Assembly: GCA_011109175.1 (NCBI GenBank)
Contig: RDEW01000027.1
Coordinates: 135,800 to 199,799, forward strand
Origin: Dicyema japonicum
Taxonomy: Eukaryota; Animalia; Dicyemida
Reading direction: 5' to 3'
Length of the DNA stretch: 64,000 nt
Position 1 is the first letter of the stretch; each line of letters opens with the position of its first letter. Shown one piece after another: positions 50,820-64,000 of this stretch. The notes under the pieces were generated by a model that saw only the letters and a program-made list of their open reading frames with translations, was not told where the DNA came from and made no database searches. Made by a program: the position numbers and the translations under genes.

Positions 50820-52500
50820 GAGAATATTGAAGATAGAAACCAATTAGAAGTGTGTTTCAGGACTACATGATGCCAATGGAACTAGCATACGATTTCCTGT
50901 GGGAAATATTCCTGCTCATCTGGTATCCCTCAAAGCATTAATCACTGAGATTCGATCAGGAGACAGGATCAAGTGGATCTCAATGGTTGTCAGTTCTGCG
51001 AAAAGTAGATTCGGGAGAATCCATCGGGGTGGATGGAGTCTCATCGTCCACCAGTTCAATGCTCGTTTCTCCACTCATAATAGTTTACTCGGCGTTAGAA
51101 AAATATTGAATGTAAAGCCTAATAAAAAGACCCGCATTGACCAGAAAAGTCGAGATGCTTTAATCGAATCAGAAGGTTCAGAGAACTACTTACCAAAAAC
51201 ATAAATTTCCATGTATTGAAGATGCAAAGAAGAATTTTATGTTTAAATTGAGCGAGTTAAATCTGTTCCCCGAGATGGAAGGAAACCCACACAGAAGATT
51301 CCATATAAATTGCTTAAAAAATGTTCTTGGTACATTAAATACAGTGATATCAAATTATGTGTCATCATCTCCGCCAACGGACATGAATGAGATAACTGAC
51401 AATGTTTTTGCTGCACAATGCGCATATAAAAATTTGACAAAGAAGCAATCAGTAAAAAGCTGTTGGAGGGAAAACGTGGAAAAGAGAATTGCAAAATTCA
51501 AAGAAAATTTCGCCTTAGTTTATGGGTTTACTGGGGAGCAGTCAAAAGAAGAAAGGGAGAAAGCGCTTGATGTTTTGTGCTCGTTTGGATGTTTTGTGTC
51601 GGGTTCTTAATAGCTCTGGAGTTCCTGAATGGATTGTGAAGTTTATCAAGAATCTAATAACAAGTGGAATGTTATCTTGAACCTTAACAAAAAAAGAATT
51701 AAAAAGATCAAACTCTGGAGAGGAATCTTGCAAGGAGACTCACTCTCTCCTCAGCTGTTTACTTTGGTAATGGACCCACTAATCCGAATATTAAATATAA
51801 AATTCCCGAAGATATGTATCAGAGTGATCTGTCTATTGTGACATATGCGACTAACCATTTTCTTTTTATTGACGACCTGAAAATAATTACCGAATCTGAA
51901 AATACTATTCTAAATATGATGGAGCATATGGATGAATATCTGGGTGTTGTTGGCCTTAAAAGAAGCTGTGAAAAGTCTGCAACTAATCTGAAATGTGCCA
52001 AAGATACAAGTTATCTGGATGGTTGTGGGGGATATCGCTGTCTTGGAGTGTTAGAAGATAAAAGGAAGCAAGGTTATGAAAGACAAAGTTATGGAAAAAA
52101 TTGCTGAAAATTTGAAGAAAAGGATTGAGATGGGGGCGAATTCGAAATTAAACGCTTGAAACTTGTTTAAAGCGTTTAATGAATACGCACTCTCGCTATA
52201 TAATTATTATATTGGGCTTATCGACATTGAACCACGTGAATTCGAAACTATTGATTTAGAAATCCGGCGTATACTCTCTAACTTACGAGTGCACTTAAAA
52301 CCTGCTAACAAAGGAAGATTATATCTCAGCAGGAATAGTTTTGGAAGAGGATCAACCTCAATTTCTGATAAGAGTGAATGCATGTTATTTCAATTTTTGA
52401 CCGACCTTGAGAGGAATTCTTCCATGTGTCTTCGAAGGGCAGGAATCTTGCGGGTCTTAAAACAAAGGAAAACACATATGACCACTATCGCAAGATTCAT
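50820..52500 (+). mobile_element. Decayed R4/Dong-like RLE-type non-LTR retrotransposon (RT region, internal deletion)
   Basis: RGILQGDSLSP, NHFLFIDDLK, LFKAFNEYALSLYNYYIG and RLYLSRNSFGRG; a related fragment lies at 61217-61487. Confidence 0.8.
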
Positions 52501-53118
52501 TGCAACAACGGCCAATGTGGGACCAAGAAATGTTACAATTCCCAACGAGGGCCTCAGAAGGTACATTGGAAAATTTCTATCGGTAAAATGTGCATGTCAT
52601 TTTTAGATGTTAAAAATCCTCGAAAGTGAATCATTCGTTTTTCAGAATACCCAATGCATTCCGAACCCTTACATGACCTCAAATATCATAATACAGCAAA
52701 TATATCTCTACTTTTTCTTTATTGTAGTCTCGTGCTTTTTTGAATCATATTTTCTGAGATTCCGAAGACTTATTTGCAGGTAATTCCTTTAAGTGAGTTT
52801 AGTTACTTTTTTCCAGCACGAGAAGTTAAACGGATTGAGTTTCTTTGGAATTCGATTTTAAATTCTCGTTATTGGCTTTATCGACGTCAATCAAAAATAT
52901 TTCAAATACGAAAACAAAGAATAGAGGATGAAAATTTTGTCAGCTTTTTTAATTACTTGGATAAAAACATCAAGGCCAATTACAAGGAATCTAATTGTTT
53001 GTATTGGGGGGAGAAATTGATGGAGGATTATATGATTTGTGAAAATGATTTTTTTGGGGCATTTTGTTTTCACTGTTGGACTCGATTAGGAGATGAATGT
53101 CTTTGCATGAAACAATGA
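52500..53118 (+). pseudogene. DC-STAMP domain protein (DCST1/2, sneaky, spe-42 family) 3' exons, fused in frame to the R4-like ORF
   Basis: Introns at 52583-52606 and 52780-52802 give NTQCIPNP, a TM segment, ESYFLRFRRLICSYFFPAREVKRIEFLWNSILNSR and a degenerate C-terminal RING-like Cys cluster. TGA ends at 53118. Confidence 0.75.
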
Positions 53119-53399
53119 TGCAATATTTTAATTTTTTATAAAAAAATAAATATTTTAAAATAATATTAATTAACGTGCACGTTTCCTCTGTTCCAGGATT
53201 AAGATTATGCTAAAATTGGGAGTATTGAAAACAGGGGATGACCATGATTAATCAAAGGATGAAAGTTGGATAGAAAAAACGCCACAAGCCTAACCTTAGA
53301 TATTCATATGCAGGAGTGGTTTTAAATAATAAATAATCGACACGTTGTTGCGTCTCGCAATAGTTATAGAGGACAATATAATGGGTGCTTCAACTCAAA

Positions 53400-53860
53400 A
53401 TTGGACTCGCTATACGTCCAGTATATTCAACCGTCTCTAACTTACGGTTGTGCTGCATGGGGAACCAACCTATCAAACAGGAATATAGAAAAAATCAATA
53501 CCTTACAAAAAATGGCCAGTAAAGCTTTGCAAAGGTTTTCTTGGACACCACTAAACCCTACACCTTTTGAGGAATTAGTGAGGAAAACCGGAGACAAAAA
53601 ATGGCCAGTAAAGCTTTGCAAAGGTTTTCTTGGACACCACTAAACCCTACACCTTTTGAGGAATTAGTGAGGAAAACCGGAGTTTTACTGCTCTCCAAAA
53701 AAGTTAGAAACCCTCAGCCAATCCGGAAATGCGTTGGAACCCAGGAAGAACAGCAAGCAAAAATGAGATGGCTACTCGAGGCGGCCGGAATCACCTGACG
53801 GCTATGTAGTTTTTTTAATTTGTCGGTGATTTTTGGTTTTTAATAATAATAATAAACCTG
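53400..53860 (+). mobile_element. LINE 3' end (AAGIT* family) with an about 89-bp tandem duplication
   Basis: YIQPSLTYGCAAWG...MRWLLEAAGIT* and a (TAA)n tail. Confidence 0.75.
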
Positions 53861-53961
53861 AGATCAATCAAATTCGATTTGTAGAGTTTATCAGAGAAAA
53901 TGACGAGAGGCCTGGGAAAGTGTCTCACTCTCAGCAACATTAACTCAAAATGAACATAAGT

Positions 53962-55674
53962 AACGATAAAGTAATGGAGGCTTTTCGGCCATATTTTGCG
54001 ACTGGATCTAGATGCCCCCGCGAACGTAGCCATGGAGGACTATTTCATGTTGGAAGGTCGACACTGCCAGTCGTTCTCGACGAGGACCCCAAAGAAATAG
54101 GACGGCATCTTGAAAGTGGAGAGGATCTTGACTGGTTACGCACTGCGGCTTCGAATATGAGGAAGTGGATGAAATTAACTAGTGATTTGCTAACTCATGT
54201 TGTACATTCTTTGTCAAATCCTATGACATAGCGAAAAGTGCAAATAATAATAAAGTAATGGTCATAAAACTTAAAATCGAATTTTGGCGGACATCCATAA
54301 ATAAAAAAATTACATGCTTTGTTGGAATGTCTTGATGAATCAAAATGCGCATTGGACTATACACTACTTCAGAACATCAAAGATCATTTGGTAATTTTAG
54401 ATGATAAGTTCACATAAAATTTGTTTTTGGTTATTAAGATTATGTTTTAAGTGAAAATTGTAATAATTGAATTGGAATGGTTCCGTGAGCACTTTAAGGT
54501 TGGGAAACACTCCTCTGGAAAATTAGCATATCAAGTCACCCGACTTAAAATAATCGAACACATATGGAAGCTGTTAAGATCAGAGTTAGAAAAAATCCCT
54601 CATAAAAAGTAGGAAGTATGGAAAACCACATTGTTCGAATGGACTTGAATGAAAATCAATATTTATATAAAACGAATATAAAAGTAAAATCTTCAATGAA
54701 AATCAATATAAAAAAGTCAGTTAAGCCTTGGAAGTATGGAAAACCACATTGTTCGAATGGACTTGAATGAAAATCAATATTTATATAAAACGAATATAAA
54801 AGTAAAATCTTCAATGAAAATCAATATAAAAAAGTCAGTTAAGCCTTGGCATCTCGAAGGTGTTCGACAGTGTTTGGCACGAAGCTTTAATTGTCAACTT
54901 ATACGATCAAAGATATCCAAACAAATGTTCCTATGGTTGAATGACTATTTGACTGGGAGGATATCTTATGTGGTAGCCGGTGGAAGATATTCTGATGGAA
55001 TATCGTTTAAGAGGGGAGTGTCGCAAGGATCTATTTTAAGCCCCTTGTTATTCAACGTATTTATGGAAGATTTTCCGTCACCGGTAGACGTCAGAACCAA
55101 ATTGTAGTTGATGTGAAGGGATCATATCTGAAGGACATCGAAAAAAGAAGGCTGTGCAAGCATAGTTATTTAAACGAATATAAAAATGAAATCTTCAACG
55201 AAAAATCAAAATTGGTTGAAACAGTATAAATGTAAAATCTTGAATATAAAAATCAGCATTGATTGGAACGAATATAAAAGTGAAATCTTCTGGGTGCATT
55301 TAATGCATCGCGAAGGGGTACATTTCGCTCCCGGTCGATGAATTTCTGGTCTCGATTTCTCGGACGCAACCTGAAGAATCGGATTTCTGTTATTCAACTG
55401 AACGTGAACGGGATTAAAGGGAAAATTATGGAGAATTTATTTCAAAATTCAAGATTGATATAATACTCATTCAGGATAATGACACTAAATCTTTTCCTGG
55501 ATTTAACATAATACGAGATCGTACTATGAAACGAGGTGGTTGACTCATCACATTAATTAAGAAAGGCCTGAAATATGAAGAAATTTTAAAGAAATAAGGA
55601 AACTACTTGAAAATGACAAAATATCTGAGATTATCGGGATATCTGTCGACAAGACAAAATGAAAATTGTCCTTA
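53962..55674. repeat. Right arm of the inverted segmental duplication
   Basis: Reverse complement of 41957-43575; carries an extra about 118-bp tandem duplication at about 54612-54850. Confidence 0.9.
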
Positions 55675-55779
55675 TCGGGATATCGCTCCTCCTATTGTAT
55701 TTCCATATTTGTAGTTTTTTTCAGAAAAGCAGCTATTTTGTCAGCGCAACTCAATAGATTTTCATTTCTTCCTTGCATG

Positions 55780-56950
<1,171 letters not shown>

Positions 56951-57129
56951 ATTAAATTAATTCGTTTTGAAAAAATTTAAAAATTAGGTTGGGAACTTCT
57001 GCGATGGACTGTACTTCTAGTATTACTTACAATTATAATGAATTTCAGTTATATTATATTTCACTTTTGAAAAAATTTGTTGACCACGTGCTTTTTAGTT
57101 TTTTGTGGGACAGTTTATTTTATTTATTA

Positions 57130-58270
57130 TTTATTTAACCCAAGAACACCAATAGTTAATTTAATAAACTAATTAGGTGATCCCGGCCGCCTCCATCAGG
57201 TCTCTCATCTTTTTTCGGTGGACCTTCCGAGATCCAACACAGCTTCTCTGAGGACGGGAGGGTTTTGAAAGAAAAGCAAGAGGGGTGATGTAAAGTCTTC
57301 TAGTAAGACCCAATCCATTGGAGCATTGTAGGAAGTTGGATTTTCGGCACAGAGCGGCGAATCCCTTCCCATTTTGTCCGATAAGGTCTTCCAGAGAGGT
57401 GGGTGTGAGACTGACTGTTCTCACGAGCTTGCCGATAGTTGTAGCTGATGGGGACTGAATATCACTGATTTTCTGTTTGTTCGTCCAGGATAGGTTGATT
57501 CCCCAAGACGCACAGGCGTAGCTGATAGATGGCTCAATGAATTGTTTATGTAGTAGATTCAATGCTGGGAAAAGGGTTCTGATGCCACCAAAAATAGATT
57601 TGATCAAACCAAGCTTTCTTGAGCAGGTTCCGGAGATATATTCGACATGAGGGGAGAAGGTCATGTGCGTGTCAAAGGCGACTCCTAAGATTTTCAATTT
57701 CTTCGTTAAAGGTATTTTAGTTTGGTTGATAAATAAATCAACGGTCATTCTTTCAAGACGTTTGTCTGAGGTAAATAGGGATGTGGAGGACTTCTCAGAA
57801 GATATATCAAGTCTGTTGGAGATTAACCAATTTTGAATCACGTGTAGTTGTTTTTGAACTCTTTCTGAGGCTTTTAGGAGATCCAGGTCACGGGATCCAA
57901 TTAGAATGTCATCAGCATAGGAGAGGAGAAGATCGTCTTTATCAACTGATCTTGGCAAATCGAACATAAAAAGGTTGAATAAGGCGGGGGACAAAAGAGA
58001 GCATTGCGGAACACCATTGGGAAGTAGTCTCGAAAGTGATTTGGTCCCATCCATACAAACCCGGGCCTTTCTCCCGCTGAGGAAATTCGAAAGCCAGAGT
58101 TTTAGATTGGGGTTAATGGAGAGTCCAAATAATTTCCTGGTTAAGATTTTCCTGGAGACAGAGTCAAAGGCTTTACGCAGATCCACAGAGCAGACGATGG
58201 TTTTGAAGTGACGAGGACTTGAGTTGAAGCCATCAAGGATAAATTGATTGAGAGAAGTAAGGTGGGTGGA
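57130..58270 (-). mobile_element. 5'-truncated LINE, RT to 3' tail (AAGIT* family)
   Basis: DLRKAFDSV, GVPQCSLLSP, LLSYADDIL, ILGVAFD and MRDLMEAAGIT*, followed by a TAAA tail. Confidence 0.9.
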
Positions 58271-58346
58271 CGTTGAATAGTTCTATTTTGATTTAAAGTT
58301 CTTAGGAAGATTGAAATAAGTAAATTAATATTTCATTTCTAAAAAA

Positions 58347-58471
58347 AAGATTGTTTAATTTGTCAGTATAAAAAATAAGATTGATTCTTTACCCACGTGT
58401 GCTGTCCTCCATTGTTTCCATCCCTGGAATCTTGTGTTAATGACTGGAAATAATTAAACTTGAAAGTTTTT
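58347..58471. repeat. 125-bp direct repeat, left copy (right copy 60557-60681), bracketing the CRE-like element
   Basis: aagattgtttaatttgtcagtata...gaaagttttt at both sites, with 4 mismatches counted by eye. Confidence 0.9.
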
Positions 58472-60556
58472 GAAATTTTTTTTTTTTTTATTATTTTATT
58501 TATTTATTTATTTAAACAATAGAAGTCAGGTAGTTGCCGCCCTCACCGCGTGGCTGTTCCCTCTCAAAATTGCGAGCGAAATTCGCTCAAATAGCCAGCG
58601 GCGTTCACGGGGATTTCCAGTGCATGAGGTGATCCGGTTTCCAAGANCTCTCATTAATAAAATGATAAGGACAAAACATTAGTTAGCTGCCGCCCTCACT
58701 GCATGGTTGTTCCCTCTCAGAATTGCGAGCGAGATTCGCTCAAACAGCCAGCGGCGTTCGCGGAGATCTCCAGTGCATGAGGTGATCCGGTTTCCAAGAC
58801 GTCTGAAAAACTATAATGTAGAGTGGGAGTAAGATCCGGAAGTCTCAATAGCAAAGGGGAACAAATCGGACATTATCGGGAAGGTTGCCGTATTTTTCGA
58901 GTTTGGCTTTCTCCGCCTTGACGGCTGCAGAACAGGCTCTTGATACGCACTCTTGAAGATTGTTTGAGGCGAACGTATCTGTAGATGTCACGTCCCAAAC
59001 AAGTGGTTTCCCGGCCTCAAAGGAAAATATGGTCATCCCGTCCGGTCGTTTCTGTCACTTTTGCATAACCCGACCGGTTCAAGAATGACCAAATATCCAG
59101 CAGCATCCATAGCCCGTTTGACAATTTCATTCAGAGCCTTGTGTCTTGAAGATCTGCCAGCGATCCTCTTGCAAACGAGAGGGTGCAGGCCATAGCAGTC
59201 TATCACGACACCACATCGGCACGGGTGAGGTACACATACTTTCAGTCCCAGCCCCCGAAAAACAAACAAGCGCCTCAGTGCTGGCCAGCGATCCTCTTGC
59301 AAACGAGAGGGTGCAGGCCATAGCAGTCTATCACGACACCAAATCGGCACGGGTGAGGTACACATACTTTCAGTCCCAGCCCCTGAAAAACAAACAAGCG
59401 CCTCAGTGCTGATTGGCAGATTCCAGTAGGAGTCCAAATGACTTCCAGCACAATAAATTGTCTAGGTTTCGCTGGCAATCTTGTGAAGGACGCAGGGGGA
59501 GGTTGATGGCATTCCATGCTTCTCGTGCGTAGATTATGTCTTGGTCAATTGAGAATTCGGGTAGGGAGTGTAGAATCCTCTTGACCAAGCGTTCGCAGGC
59601 CTTGAGTGAAGACAGATGTGCAGGAAATGAGACGTCCAAAGTACGACAGATTCCAAGACCCCCAAATCTAACTGTGAGTGTAGCTTGCTTTCATGTAGCA
59701 TCGTCGAAATTGACATTAAATATTTGCTCCATCGAGCTGAGGAAAGACAAATCGAAGCACTCAAGCTGCTCCAATTGGGAATAGTACGGGGCTGTCNAGC
59801 TACTTGGTGCAAAGTTCCATAACGCCGTGATGACATCCTCAGGCGACGTGGTCAAAGGGGTCACTTCTGATGGGGGCGAGCAATGGCGTAGGTCATTCGG
59901 AGAGGGTGGATGTTTCCCCAATAGAGTCTTGTAAGTATCAATGGTTAGATTGCTTGGTCCATCTGAGAGTGAGAGTGCCTTCAATGCGGATCGGGTTCCT
60001 CCTTCAAGAAACTTCGATCGTACGGTCCTTCTTAGGCGAAAAATCTCCGTTTCCCGAGTTGAACTCCGAGTCTCAGTTGAACGGATGCAGAAGGACGTGA
60101 GGTCCGTAAAGTGAGTTCCATCCATAAATGCGCGGATGTTGTTCTTCATCTCAATTGAGAGAGACTCTTTCCCATTGCGATCTCTGGAAGAGCCAAGAGC
60201 GAAAGGAGCAAAATTAAACAAACGTATCCAGTCGTTTATAGAGTCGAAGCGGAGTGCATCGTCGATTGCTTTGGTTAAGGCTTCGGCAGCTAGGGGGCGG
60301 ACTGCTTTAGGGATCTTCACCGGGATACTCCTCGATGACCGGCGTTCATTGATAATTTTGAGCAGCGAATCTGGATCCAAATGGGAAAGGTCTTCCCCGG
60401 AGGTACATGCACTCGCGTGACCATTAGGAGACCCCGAACCAATTCCAAGGCACGAGCGGCAGTGCCATACCCCAAGAGCACGGATAGAGGCCTGAGAGAG
60501 CTTCAAACACCCGAGGTGAAAGAAGACTCCACAGGCAGAACAAGAAATTCCAAAAG
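58472..60556 (-). mobile_element. CRE-like retrotransposon: PHD-like finger, internally deleted RT, RLE domain, duplicated 3' end, poly(A)/TAAA tail
   Basis: CSACGVFFHLGC...WHCRSC; PVKIPKAVR; PCRCGVVIDCYGLHPLVC; PLVWDVT; LFERISLAILRGNN; tail adjoins 58472. Confidence 0.9.
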
Positions 60557-61216
60557 AAGATTGTTTAATTTGTCAGTATAAAAAATAAGTTTGATTCTTT
60601 ACCCACGTGTGCTGTCCTCCATTGTCTCCATCCCTGGAATCTTGTGTTAATGACTGGAAATGATTAAAGTTGAAAGTTTTTTAATTTAGCAATGAAGGTC
60701 ACGCCATTTGACAGGAGTGATATTGAGCGAAAATTTCTGAAACTCAAAGTTTTTATATCTGGTCCCTGGGGGACCTAAAGTCTCGACAAGTATGTCAGTA
60801 TTAAAGTGGCAACATATATGCAAGTGCGTACCCCAAAAATTTCAGGCAAATATGGTTACATCCTGAAAAATCCGTTTCGAAACGAAGGATTTGTTCCGAA
60901 GTCCTATTAACTCGAACCTATTAATGTTTATGCATGCTTTATCACCTCATTCTTTCTCCTGGGAATAACTGGAATAAATTCAGTAATTTATTGTTAAATA
61001 TTAAATTAGGTTTTAGATAATTCAAGTAATTTTTAAATTTATTAAACCAAAAAACACTGTCATAGCCAGAATGAAAAAATTCAGGTGATCCCGGCCTCCC
61101 TCTTCCATGGTAGGACTTGAAGGAAGTGCCGTCCAGGGGGAATTTCTCTAGATGTTTGTTGACTAATGGTTTCTCTTGGATATAATTTACAATTAATCTG
61201 GCGCCACGCGGCATAA

Positions 61217-61487
61217 TTGCCCAGTAATGCTTGTCAGACTACAAGAAAGATTCAAATAGGTGTTGTGGAGTTCGAGCCCAAAGAGTATGATGAGATGGAT
61301 GTTATGATACGTGGAGTACTCAGAGAGAACCATGTCCATGTGCTGGCAGCCAATAAGGAGAGACTATATTTACCCCGTGATAAATTCGGCCGTGGACTGT
61401 GTGGAGTAGTCCAACTAAGTGAGCGTATCCTAATGCGAATGCACGACACCCTAATAGCTGGGTCAAGTGTGTCTGCTAGGAAGCACG
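61217..61487 (+). mobile_element. R4/Dong-like fragment running into gap
   Basis: HVLAANKERLYLPRDKFGRGL. Confidence 0.75.
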
Positions 61488-62439
61488 NNNNNNNNNNNNN
61501 NNNNNNNNNNNNNNNNNNNNNNNNNNNNNNNNNNNNNNNNNNNNNNNNNNNNNNNNNNNNNNNNNNNNNNNNNNNNNNNNNNNNNNNNNNNNNNNNNNNN
61601 NNNNNNNNNNNNNNNNNNNNNNNNNNNNNNNNNNNNNNNNNNNNNNNNNNNNNNNNNNNNNNNNNNNNNNNNNNNNNNNNNNNNNNNNNNNNNNNNNNNN
61701 NNNNNNNNNNNNNNNNNNNNNNNNNNNNNNNNNNNNNNNNNNNNNNNNNNNNNNNNNNNNNNNNNNNNNNNNNNNNNNNNNNNNNNNNNNNNNNNNNNNN
61801 NNNNNNNNNNNNNNNNNNNNNNNNNNNNNNNNNNNNNNNNNNNNNNNNNNNNNNNNNNNNNNNNNNNNNNNNNNNNNNNNNNNNNNNNNNNNNNNNNNNN
61901 NNNNNNNNNNNNNNNNNNNNNNNNNNNNNNNNNNNNNNNNNNNNNNNNNNNNNNNNNNNNNNNNNNNNNNNNNNNNNNNNNNNNNNNNNNNNNNNNNNNN
62001 NNNNNNNNNNNNNNNNNNNNNNNNNNNNNNNNNNNNNNNNNNNNNNNNNNNNNNNNNNNNNNNNNNNNNNNNNNNNNNNNNNNNNNNNNNNNNNNNNNNN
62101 NNNNNNNNNNNNNNNNNNNNNNNNNNNNNNNNNNNNNNNNNNNNNNNNNNNNNNNNNNNNNNNNNNNNNNNNNNNNNNNNNNNNNNNNNNNNNNNNNNNN
62201 NNNNNNNNNNNNNNNNNNNNNNNNNNNNNNNNNNNNNNNNNNNNNNNNNNNNNNNNNNNNNNNNNNNNNNNNNNNNNNNNNNNNNNNNNNNNNNNNNNNN
62301 NNNNNNNNNNNNNNNNNNNNNNNNNNNNNNNNNNNNNNNNNNNNNNNNNNNNNNNNNNNNNNNNNNNNNNNNNNNNNNNNNNNNNNNNNNNNNNNNNNNN
62401 NNNNNNNNNNNNNNNNNNNNNNNNNNNNNNNNNNNNNNN

Positions 62440-62790
62440 GGATAAATGGACGGATTTTAATTTAAAAAGTTTTGAACAAATAGAAACATTTACGAAAAAG
62501 TTACTGAATCTTCACATCCAACAAATGTAAGCTGAAGAATCAGCAAAACAGCATAGCAGTCGGTTAACCGAATTGAGGACACGTGTACAACAAATGCGGT
62601 ATGAAGAATCAGCAAAACAGCATAGCAGTCGGTTAACTGATTTGAGAACACATGCCAACCAGTCCAGGCTGTGGAGATCCCAGAAGAGACTCAGCGTCGT
62701 TTGTCAAATAATCGGAGACGTAGTACATCAAATGCCAACTTTTCTGCTATCTTGAGCCAATGGACAAAGTATGTCCGCACACAGAATCAA
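62440..62790 (+). mobile_element. Helitron N-terminal remnant (22-aa charged repeats, then MDKVCPH); second piece at about 63620-63830
   Basis: EESAKQHSSRLTELRTRVQQMRY-type units followed by EPMDKVCPH, resembling the Helitron N-terminal repeat and Cys-motif layout. Confidence 0.6.
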
Positions 62791-64000
62791 TGACGAAATA
62801 AATTATTCAATTATTTTAGATCAAAGAGGGCATGCGATTTAAAAAATGTATTCTCACCTTCGGGTGGAAGGAACATCTTGGAAGACTCCAAAATCGGGGA
62901 TAAAAGTAACGCCTTAATAGCTATGCGAAATCCACGTGGGGTATGGAGTATAGACACGTTGGATTGATTTCATTTGATCAGGTAATTTAATTTTTATATT
63001 TTTCGAATTTGAATATAAATATGCAGAAATGTAATGTGAATGAACAATTTTAGTAGAACTCGTGAATCCTATAAAGCTGTTCAATATGCAGAAGCACACC
63101 CAAACACGAAACTTAAAGAAATTGGCGCAAATTGTATTTATAGTGACTCTAGGATCTTCTTACCTTACACTATTATTCCAGCAGCTTGGAATAAAAGGAA
63201 GGCTTTATGTGGAAAACATAAACTATTTATATTACAGGTTTTGAGATAATTTGAAAACAAACTACACAACCGCTCTCCTCGTATTTTCTAGTACTGATTG
63301 TTGTATGTATATATGTGACACGATAACTCGTAGGTAAATGGGTGGATTTTTATTTTGAAACAATTTTGAACAAATAAAAACATTTCCAAAAATGTAAGTG
63401 AATGTTGGGAGTCAATTGGTTCCTTGGTTACAAATGAAACACAAATGGTTAATATTTGATATCTCATTTAAGCTACTTATTACGTATATTACGTTCGTAT
63501 CTATATTGGGCTATTAAGCCTTTTTTAGGAGATAATTAAGTCACGTCTTAATGTGTGTTTAAATTATGCTATTAATTTAATTTTTTGGTAATGCTTCATG
63601 GAAAGAAAAAATTATTTTTTTTACAGATCGTACCGAAAAAAGAGAATTTCAATGAGAAATACCCGATTACATGAAACTAGTGCAACAGAGTGATCGTTTA
63701 ATGCAATTGAGGATACATGCACAACAAATGTAGGCTGAAAAATCAGCAGAACAGCACAACAGTCGGTTAACCGAATTGAGGACACGTGCACAACAAATGC
63801 GGTATGAAGAATCAGCTAATAATTGATTAAAATTAGTTGAAGGTTCAAGGTTAGGAAACCACAAAAATGTAATCAGCGTCCCAGGTGACATTAAAATCAA
63901 AATGACCACAAGAAAATTAATAAAAAATGTGATTTTTTTCAATTTGTGCTGCAATTTTAGAAGGTGGTCCGCTATGAAATTAATTCCTTTCCATATCAAA

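Noticed and set aside
60942-61214. A 90-aa minus-strand ORF as a host gene
   Set aside because: Another frame contains the EAGIT* end, 3' UTR and tail of the local LINE family.

Overview
AT-rich animal genomic DNA from a draft assembly, with N gaps at about 4178-4187, 11487-12018 and 61488-62439. It is a patchwork of decayed transposons (CRE-like and R4-like RLE retroposons, Jockey/I-like and RTE LINEs, hAT/Buster and Helitron remnants, a tRNA-derived SINE) around small islands of host genes. The host genes are broken up by tiny spliceosomal introns, mostly 21-28 nt, so the ORF track shows only fragments. Splicing them by hand recovers LRRC49, a disrupted SLC3A-like gene, a classical calpain (17 exons), MTFMT, MRPS11, an OSR1/SPAK kinase, a four-copy LAMP-like glycoprotein family and a DC-STAMP-domain (DCST1/2-like) 3' fragment. 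Intron size and LINE load fit a dicyemid-like reduced parasite genome; this is inference, and myxozoans or other compact animals are not excluded. Most interesting signals: (1) a mini-intron system with almost no donor consensus that appears to include GA-AG, GC-AG and GT-GG introns inside otherwise intact genes; (2) the expanded, intron-conserved LAMP-like family; (3) an in-frame fusion of an R4-like retroposon ORF to DCST exons; (4) a CRE-like element bracketed by a 125-bp direct repeat. All gene models were derived by eye and need RNA-seq confirmation.
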